Shown in pieces: positions 57,957-64,000 of a stretch of 64,000 bases of DNA (its first letter is position 1; every line of letters starts with the position of its first letter). The translations under genes and the position numbers were made by a program. Where the stretch lies: NCBI GenBank assembly GCA_045863295.1, contig BTWA01000006.1, positions 64,001-128,000 of the forward strand, written 5' to 3'. A model generated the notes under the pieces. The model worked only from the letters and a program-made list of their open reading frames with translations. It was not told the DNA's origin and ran no database searches. Origin of the DNA: Candidatus Hydrogenedentota bacterium (GTDB lineage: Bacteria; Hydrogenedentota; Hydrogenedentia; Hydrogenedentales; SLHB01).

Positions 57957-59084
57957 CTAAACGAGACGAATGTTCATCGTATGAAGCACCGAGAAAATAG
58001 CATGAAGTAAGTCATCAATATCTGACTTTCCAATCCTGCCGATGGTCCCGATCCTGAAACAGTCCGCCTGAGCGACCTTTCCGGGATAAATTACGTAGCC
58101 GCGCTCGTTCAAGAGTCGATAGAATTTTACAAACTCGAAATTCGGGTGCTCAGGATAGCAAAACGATGTGATTATGGGTCCCTGTAACTCTCTGGAGAGA
58201 AACGTTTTGAATCCCATCCGCGTCATTCCTTCCAGGAGCGCGGCGTGATTGTCGCGGTAGCGCTTTTCCCTGGCCTCGACCCCACCCTCGCTTTCCAGTT
58301 CTAATAAAGCCTGATGGAAAGCCAATAGAGCATGGGTGGGTGGAGTAAATCGAAATTGACCGTTTTCTTCCAGACCCCGCCATTGGGAATGAAGGTCCAG
58401 ACACAAGCTCCTGGACCATCCTATCGTTTTCTCAATCAATTGGTTGCGCGCAATCACAAAGGAGAATCCCGGGACCCCCTCGATACATTTGTTGGCCGAA
58501 GACACCAGGTAATCTATACCACACTCATCCAGATCGATCGGCAACCCACCGAAGCTACTCATAGCGTCTACAAAGAACTGCCTTTTCGCCTCCCGTACCT
58601 GGGCTCCAATGGCATCCAAGGGATTCAAAATCCCCGTCGTGGTCTCGCAATGAACCATGGCCACCATCGTTATGGACATGTCATCGAGGGCAAGGCGTAC
58701 TGCATTGGAATCTGGAACCATGTCTTCGGAAAAGCGCAACACCTCGTGCGCGATCCGAAGCGTCTGAAGAATATTTACCATGCGCTCCCCGTAGGCGCCA
58801 TTGGCGAGGACGAGTACCTTGCCACTGGGCGGGACGCAACTGGAAAACACCGCCTCTACGGCATAGGTCCCGCTACCTTGTACTGGCACGGCCACAAATG
58901 CGTCCGTATTCCGGGTGGCGAGACGGACTAATCGCTCCCGGATATCGCGCACTACTGCAATAAACGCGTCGTCGCGCGATCCAAGGTCGTGGAGCATCGC
59001 CTGTTTGACGGTTGCGCTCGTGGTGAGCGGGCCGGGAGTGAACAAGGGCTTGTCTTTCCAACCCGGCAACGAAGTGTTGATCAT
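57957..59084 (-). CDS. phnW: 2-aminoethylphosphonate-pyruvate transaminase
   Basis: LFTPGPLTTS, DLGSRD, QGSGT, HCETTTGILNP, DAMSSFG, SSANKCIEGVPG, RFTPPTH, IYPGK. Confidence 0.97.
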   Translation of the reverse strand: MINTSLPGWKDKPLFTPGPLTTSATVKQAMLHDLGSRDDAFIAVVRDIRERLVRLATRNTDAFVAVPVQGSGTYAVEAVFSSCVPPSGKVLVLANGAYGERMVNILQTLRIAHEVLRFSEDMVPDSNAVRLALDDMSITMVAMVHCETTTGILNPLDAIGAQVREAKRQFFVDAMSSFGGLPIDLDECGIDYLVSSANKCIEGVPGFSFVIARNQLIEKTIGWSRSLCLDLHSQWRGLEENGQFRFTPPTHALLAFHQALLELESEGGVEAREKRYRDNHAALLEGMTRMGFKTFLSRELQGPIITSFCYPEHPNFEFVKFYRLLNERGYVIYPGKVAQADCFRIGTIGRIGKSDIDDLLHAIFSVLHTMNIRLV

Positions 59085-59089
59085 CGGTA

Positions 59090-60424
59090 TTACAATCCGC
59101 TGTTTCGGGCGTCGGCTTCCCGATGGCCTTTGTGAGTAACGTGGAGTCGCCACATCATGATCATCATGAAGAAGACGAACAAAACGCTCATCCCCAACGC
59201 AAGTCGGTTGGTATTTTGGATGCCTTCCAAAACTCCCCCGCTGACAAGCCTTGCAATGACCCACTCCTGGAGGATGGGACCAGTGCTTGCAATGCCATTT
59301 ACGACTCCGGCAACGGCCACGCCATTTTTTTCTCCGGCTACCTGCACGGCTGCGGCACCTGCCAGCAATGTGTCAGGCCCGTATAGCATGAATCCGACGA
59401 TACCGAAACACCACGCGATGCGTACAGGCGAATCGCCGAGATAAATCACGGACAGATACCCAGCGATCAACCCTAGACCCATCGTGAAGCAAAGGGCGGC
59501 CCAGTTGCCCCGAAAGAAGCGGTCCAAAACCAAACCCGCGACGATGGCGCCCGCAATGCCGGCGTTGTCGAATATCGAGGAATAGTAGCTGGCTTCCCCA
59601 ACTCCCATACCCTGGAAGTTCAAGAACAACGGCAGCCAGGAATCGAGCGCATAACGTAGAAACTTTATGCAAAAATAGCTTACACCCATGGTCAGTACGA
59701 CCGGGTTGAGCGCGAGACGGAAATAGTCAAGTGCGTTTACGTGGTCTTCTTGCGAGGCGCGCACCGCTCTTTCGTCAATCGCTTGCTTCTGGACAATGGG
59801 ATCCAACCCTACGTCTTGAGGCTTGTTGCGCTGCCAGAAATACACAATCCACCAAATGCCAAACGAAATCGCGCTCAGACCAAAGAACGCATACCGCCAA
59901 CCCATCGCGTCCAGCAATAGGCCGCCGATGTACTTCACCATGAGATTGCCGACAAGATAACTGGTAGACCAGAATCCCATGATTGAACCGCGTTCATGCG
60001 GGCGCAACCACTGTGATACGCCACCAACGGCCCCAGGCCAACCGCTGGCTTGTACCAAGCCGTTAAACACCATAAAGACCAGAAAGGTATAATACGAGTT
60101 GGCAAACCCAAAGATTGTGTTGATGACGATCGACAATCCGAATCCAGTCAACAGAATAACTCGAGGACCGTGCCGGCGCCCCAGAAAGCTATTCGCGAAT
60201 TGGCCTATCGCATATGCCACAAGGTAGGCGAACCAGGCATTGGAGGCAAGATTGACGCCGGCTTCGACCGAAATGCCATAGTCGGCCGAAAACATTTCGG
60301 CAATCGTTGATTTGCATATGGTAAATGCTTTTCGAGTAAGGTAGTAGCCTGCATAGGCAAAGTACGTGGCAAACAGAATGCGCCAGCGCCAAAGGTGCTG
60401 CTCTCTGGACAACGGTTGCAGCAA
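59090..60424 (-). CDS. MFS organophosphate:phosphate antiporter family transporter (GlpT/UhpT/AepP-like)
   Basis: YAGYYLTRKAF, YAIGQF, NGLVQASGWP, ERGSIMGFWST, KFLRY; TTG start at 60424 with SD GGGGAG. Confidence 0.9.
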   Translation of the reverse strand: MLQPLSREQHLWRWRILFATYFAYAGYYLTRKAFTICKSTIAEMFSADYGISVEAGVNLASNAWFAYLVAYAIGQFANSFLGRRHGPRVILLTGFGLSIVINTIFGFANSYYTFLVFMVFNGLVQASGWPGAVGGVSQWLRPHERGSIMGFWSTSYLVGNLMVKYIGGLLLDAMGWRYAFFGLSAISFGIWWIVYFWQRNKPQDVGLDPIVQKQAIDERAVRASQEDHVNALDYFRLALNPVVLTMGVSYFCIKFLRYALDSWLPLFLNFQGMGVGEASYYSSIFDNAGIAGAIVAGLVLDRFFRGNWAALCFTMGLGLIAGYLSVIYLGDSPVRIAWCFGIVGFMLYGPDTLLAGAAAVQVAGEKNGVAVAGVVNGIASTGPILQEWVIARLVSGGVLEGIQNTNRLALGMSVLFVFFMMIMMWRLHVTHKGHREADARNSGL

Positions 60425-60631
60425 TTCGATATCTCCCCGTGACTCCGCTATGAGTCCGTATACAACGACAAAGACAAGTCCTTGGGTTTCGGCCCCCCCC
60501 ACGTTGGAAGCGATAGCATACCGGCGGAGCAATTCAAAAGGAAATCAGATCCAGAGTAAGGACAGTCCCTTTCAAATCCCCCCATCACAGGAGGCGGGAA
60601 ACACGCATATCGCCTGATACACACCTGTGCC

Positions 60632-60657
60632 ATGTAACGCTACTCGTAACGTTACAT
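60632..60657. promoter_or_regulatory. Palindromic activator/operator site
   Basis: ATGTAACG-N10-CGTTACAT, ~85 nt upstream of the sigma54 -24 element. Confidence 0.55.
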
Positions 60658-60740
60658 CATTCTGCTGAATCGACCAAACTCGAACTGGCTTTGTATTTGT
60701 AAGCGATTTTATAACAATGCATTAGGGCTAATTCGCGCGA

Positions 60741-60757
60741 TTGGCATACTCATTGCG
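60741..60757 (+). promoter_or_regulatory. Sigma54 (-24/-12) promoter
   Basis: TTGGCATACTCATTGCG: exact GG-N10-GC spacing, ~50 nt before ATG 60809. Confidence 0.7.
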
Positions 60758-60808
60758 CCGTTCGCTTACTGCTAGGCACATTGGGTTACGCAAATTCGGA
60801 GATTGCAC

Positions 60809-60982
60809 ATGATACGACTCTTGTTGGGAACGGCGGCCGGCGTCATTGTGGGCACGCTCACGGGGATGTCCAGGTCATGTGAATCCGGCACGTGCCCACT
60901 CACGGCCACCCCTTTTCGTGGCGCCATTTATGGCGGCATTATGGGCTTCATGTTGGCTTCTATGGCAGGTGGACCTGCCTGA
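60809..60982 (+). CDS. Small 2-TM Cys-motif protein (DUF6132-like)
   Basis: Below the ORF-track cutoff; read by hand: MIRLLLGTAAGVIVGTLTGMSRSCESGTCPLTATPFRGAIYGGIMGFMLASMAGGPA (57 aa); SD GGAG. Confidence 0.8.
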   Translation: MIRLLLGTAAGVIVGTLTGMSRSCESGTCPLTATPFRGAIYGGIMGFMLASMAGGPA

Positions 60983-61005
60983 TGTATCCGGATTGTGAGG
61001 GAAAC

Positions 61006-62214
61006 ATGATACAGCAAATTCCCAGACTGTCATTGTTACTTGCTCTAGTGGTAGTGACGGGTTGCGGGGCATACTCCGACTCCGGAAAATACCTCACCGA
61101 GCGATCCGCGCCGATGCCTGTACCTGTACCACTAAAGGCCGTCGAATCCGTTCAGATGAACACGTTCTACGAGGCATCCGGGACCGTACGTGCGAAATCA
61201 AACACGGTCATTCAGAGCAAAGCAACCGGGCACATCATTCGCATGGCGGTTAACGAGGGCGACCGTGTGTCCAAAGATACTGTCCTCTTGGAAATTGACG
61301 ATCGCGAAGCGCTGGCATGGGTCCAACAAGCAACCAGTGCTCTGAAAGCGGCAAGAGAGGCACGTGGCGAAGTGCAGGCCGCAACGCTCGCCGCCGCCCA
61401 CGCCCAAGACGCGGCAGACGCGAACAACGCACTGGCTAGTGCCACGTACGATAGATACAAGAGACTGCGCGATCAAGACGTTGTCAGTGAACAAGCTTAC
61501 GACGAAGCGAGCGCCAAGTGGAAAAGCGCCGCCGCTGAATCCGCCCGCGCAGCCGAGACCGTGGCCTCCATTCAAGCCCGAAGCGGAGAAGCGGAAGCCC
61601 GAATTCAACAGGCTGAGGCCGCACTTGTGAATGCCCAAACGTTGCTCTCGCACACCAAAGTACTCGCCCCATTCGATGGCGTCGTTACGAAAAAGCATGC
61701 GGATGTGGGCACCCTGGCCGCCCCCGGTTCTCCGCTGCTCGAACTGGACGCCACCGGCCAATTCCAACTGGAAGCGCTTGTGGACGAGTCCATGATAGCC
61801 ATGGTCCATCAAGGTGACACCCTTCAAATTACGGTGGACGCCATCGCCGATCGGACACTCCAAGGAGTGGTGAGCGAAGTGGTGCCCTCGGCCAGCGAAT
61901 CAAGCCGCACCTTTGTTGTACGAATCGATATTCAGACTGTGGAACCAATCATATCTGGAATGTTTGGCCGCGCCCGGTTCATCACCGGGCAAAAGGAGAC
62001 GATTCAGGTGCCAGCATCAGCGATTGTACGGCGAGGACAATTGGCATCTGTGTATGTTGTGGACGAATCCCTCGTTGCGCGCATGCGGCTGGTCACACTG
62101 GGGAAAGCGAACGGCGATACCGTTGAGATTCTGAGCGGACTGGATGCGGGCGAACGAATTGTAGTCGATGGAATCGACCGGGTTAGAGACGGGTGTAGGA
62201 TTGAAGCGAACTGA
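61006..62214 (+). CDS. RND efflux periplasmic adaptor subunit (lipoprotein)
   Basis: VTGC lipobox, ASGTV, VNEGDRV, long coiled coil, APFDGVV, SRTFVVR, SGMFGR, EILSGL. Confidence 0.93.
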   Translation: MIQQIPRLSLLLALVVVTGCGAYSDSGKYLTERSAPMPVPVPLKAVESVQMNTFYEASGTVRAKSNTVIQSKATGHIIRMAVNEGDRVSKDTVLLEIDDREALAWVQQATSALKAAREARGEVQAATLAAAHAQDAADANNALASATYDRYKRLRDQDVVSEQAYDEASAKWKSAAAESARAAETVASIQARSGEAEARIQQAEAALVNAQTLLSHTKVLAPFDGVVTKKHADVGTLAAPGSPLLELDATGQFQLEALVDESMIAMVHQGDTLQITVDAIADRTLQGVVSEVVPSASESSRTFVVRIDIQTVEPIISGMFGRARFITGQKETIQVPASAIVRRGQLASVYVVDESLVARMRLVTLGKANGDTVEILSGLDAGERIVVDGIDRVRDGCRIEAN

Positions 62215-62267
62215 CGCCCCTGTTTCTGAGGTCGTGCCAGACCAAACGCGCACAGGAGACTGACTGA

Positions 62268-63998
62268 ATGAGTAGGCCGACTGGAATTGCTGGGCGTATG
62301 GCCCACGCGTTCATCGACAGCAAGCTCACCCCCTTGCTCGTCGGCGCCTCTATTCTATTGGGTATTGGGGCGGTTGTCCTGCTTCCACGAGAAGAAGAAC
62401 CGCAGATCATTGTTCCGATGATCGACGTATTCGTTCAGATGCCCGGCGCGAGCGCCAAGGAAGTGGAAGAACGTGTCACGAAACCCATGGAGAAGCTTCT
62501 CTGGGAAATTCCGGGCGTCGAATATATCTATTCCACTTCCAGCCCCGGACAGTCGATGGCCATCGTTCGATTTCTCGTTGGTCAGAACGAGGAAGCGGCC
62601 ATCGTGCGGTTGAATCAGAAGATGTTTGCGAATTTCGATGTCATTCCGCAGGGTGCGTCTCAGCCCATCGTAAAACCTCGATCCATAGATGATGTGCCAA
62701 TACTCAGTTTGACACTCTCCAGCAACCGATATGGGCACTTTGAGTTACGGAGGGTGGCCACGCAGTTGCACGATGCGATCAAAGAGGTCGGCAATGTATC
62801 GGAAGTAAAGGTCATAGGTGGGCAGCGCAGGCAACTGCGGGTTGTATTGGATAAAGTAAAAATGGCTTCGCGGCAGGTGGATCCTGTCACGATCCAAAAT
62901 ATGTTGAGTCACGCAAACGCAAAAAGTATACCCGGGCGATTCGCCTCCAATAATCAAGAGTTTCTTGTGGAGGCGGGCCGCTGGCTACAGGATGCCGACG
63001 ATGTCGGCAGCGTTGTGGTGGGCACCTTCGAGCAACGGCCGGTATACTTGCGCGATGTATCGACCATTGATGACGGACCGGAAGAACCGCTGAATTATGT
63101 GTATCACGGCAACGGGCCTGCGGCCAATCATACCCGCCGACTGGACGATCGTTCAGTTGCGGATCCCGTCGGCGCATCGATTGCGCCCGCGGTGACCATT
63201 ACAGTCGCCAAGCGCAAAGGAACCAACGCCACCCATGTAGCCGATGCCGTGTTGACAAAAGTCGATGCCTTGCGCGGTAAAGTCATCCCAGGCGACATAC
63301 AGGTGGTCGTATCGCGTAATTACGGTGAAACCGCTGCTGAAAAATCCAACGAGTTGCTGTATCACATGGCGCTGGCCATCGTCTCGGTCACAATACTCGT
63401 GGCACTGGCCCTGGGGCTGCGTGAATCCGGATCTGTGGCCATCGCGATTCCCGTCACGTTGGCTTTAACCCTGGTCGTCTTCTATTTCTTCGGCTATACC
63501 ATTAATCGAGTCACCCTCTTTGCCTTAATATTCTCCATCGGCATCCTGGTAGACGATGCGATTGTCGTGGTCGAGAATATCGTCCGCCATTTTCGTTTGC
63601 CTGAAAACAAAGCCCGGCCCGCTCTCGAGATTGCCGTCGAAGCCGTCGACGAAGTAGGCAACCCCACGATTCTCGCCACGGCGGCTGTCATCGCAGCGAT
63701 TCTTCCCATGGCTTTTGTACGTGGGTTAATGGGTCCCTACATGCTGCCCATTCCCGTGGGGGCATCGGCCGCCATGGTATTTTCAGTGCTGGTATCTTTT
63801 ATGGTCACTCCGTGGGCAGCCTATCGATTGATTCGGCACGATGAAAACGTCGAAAAAGGAAGTCGCTGGATCCGGCTATTCTTACGCAAACCAAATAGTG
63901 CACCTTTACAAAACCATACCGCACACAGCGAAGGTTGGATGGACAGACTCTACCGGCGGGTGATGAACCCATTGATCGCTAATCCGTTCTATCGATAC
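62268..63998 (+). CDS. RND efflux permease subunit (3' end outside window)
   Basis: Not in the ORF track; [84 protein letters not shown]. Confidence 0.93.
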   Translation, partial: MSRPTGIAGRMAHAFIDSKLTPLLVGASILLGIGAVVLLPREEEPQIIVPMIDVFVQMPGASAKEVEERVTKPMEKLLWEIPGVEYIYSTSSPGQSMAIVRFLVGQNEEAAIVRLNQKMFANFDVIPQGASQPIVKPRSIDDVPILSLTLSSNRYGHFELRRVATQLHDAIKEVGNVSEVKVIGGQRRQLRVVLDKVKMASRQVDPVTIQNMLSHANAKSIPGRFASNNQEFLVEAGRWLQDADDVGSVVVGTFEQRPVYLRDVSTIDDGPEEPLNYVYHGNGPAANHTRRLDDRSVADPVGASIAPAVTITVAKRKGTNATHVADAVLTKVDALRGKVIPGDIQVVVSRNYGETAAEKSNELLYHMALAIVSVTILVALALGLRESGSVAIAIPVTLALTLVVFYFFGYTINRVTLFALIFSIGILVDDAIVVVENIVRHFRLPENKARPALEIAVEAVDEVGNPTILATAAVIAAILPMAFVRGLMGPYMLPIPVGASAAMVFSVLVSFMVTPWAAYRLIRHDENVEKGSRWIRLFLRKPNSAPLQNHTAHSEGWMDRLYRRVMNPLIANPFYRY

Positions 63999-64000
63999 GG

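Noticed and set aside
1..64000. CRISPR arrays, IS elements, integrases, prophage or anti-phage defence genes
   Set aside because: No regularly spaced repeats and no transposase, integrase, phage or defence motifs recognised.

Overview
A gene-dense bacterial chromosomal segment of moderate GC content, estimated by eye. It comes from a diderm with lipoboxes, an exosortase, an RND pump, a sigma54-type promoter and oxygen-dependent HemF. I cannot fix the taxonomy from this window. About 55 CDSs are supported. They include tex, hemF, a sodium:solute symporter, four Gfo/Idh/MocA oxidoreductases, ABC systems, a pcm-yggT-thpR-nnrE repair block, three tandem DUF4139-type secreted paralogs, a PadR / HAAS-VIT-vWA-PEP-CTERM / exosortase cassette, fdhA with an FdhF/YdeP molybdoenzyme, pilT, a PrsA/SurA-type PPIase, a moa/mob cluster with a MoaE-MoeB-rhodanese fusion, an MFS-phnW-phnX operon, and a small Cys-protein/RND operon that runs off the end. 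I saw no rRNA, tRNA, CRISPR array, transposase or prophage. Best candidates for an undescribed system: (1) a 65-aa secreted acidic single-Cys peptide gene with its own promoter and terminator, directly upstream of an Lgt paralog with altered catalytic motifs; (2) three DUF4139 paralogs that differ mainly in a 25-27 aa loop with sharp boundaries; (3) a HAAS sensor domain fused to an exosortase-sorted VIT/vWA protein under PadR. All family assignments are by motif recognition; no database searches were run.
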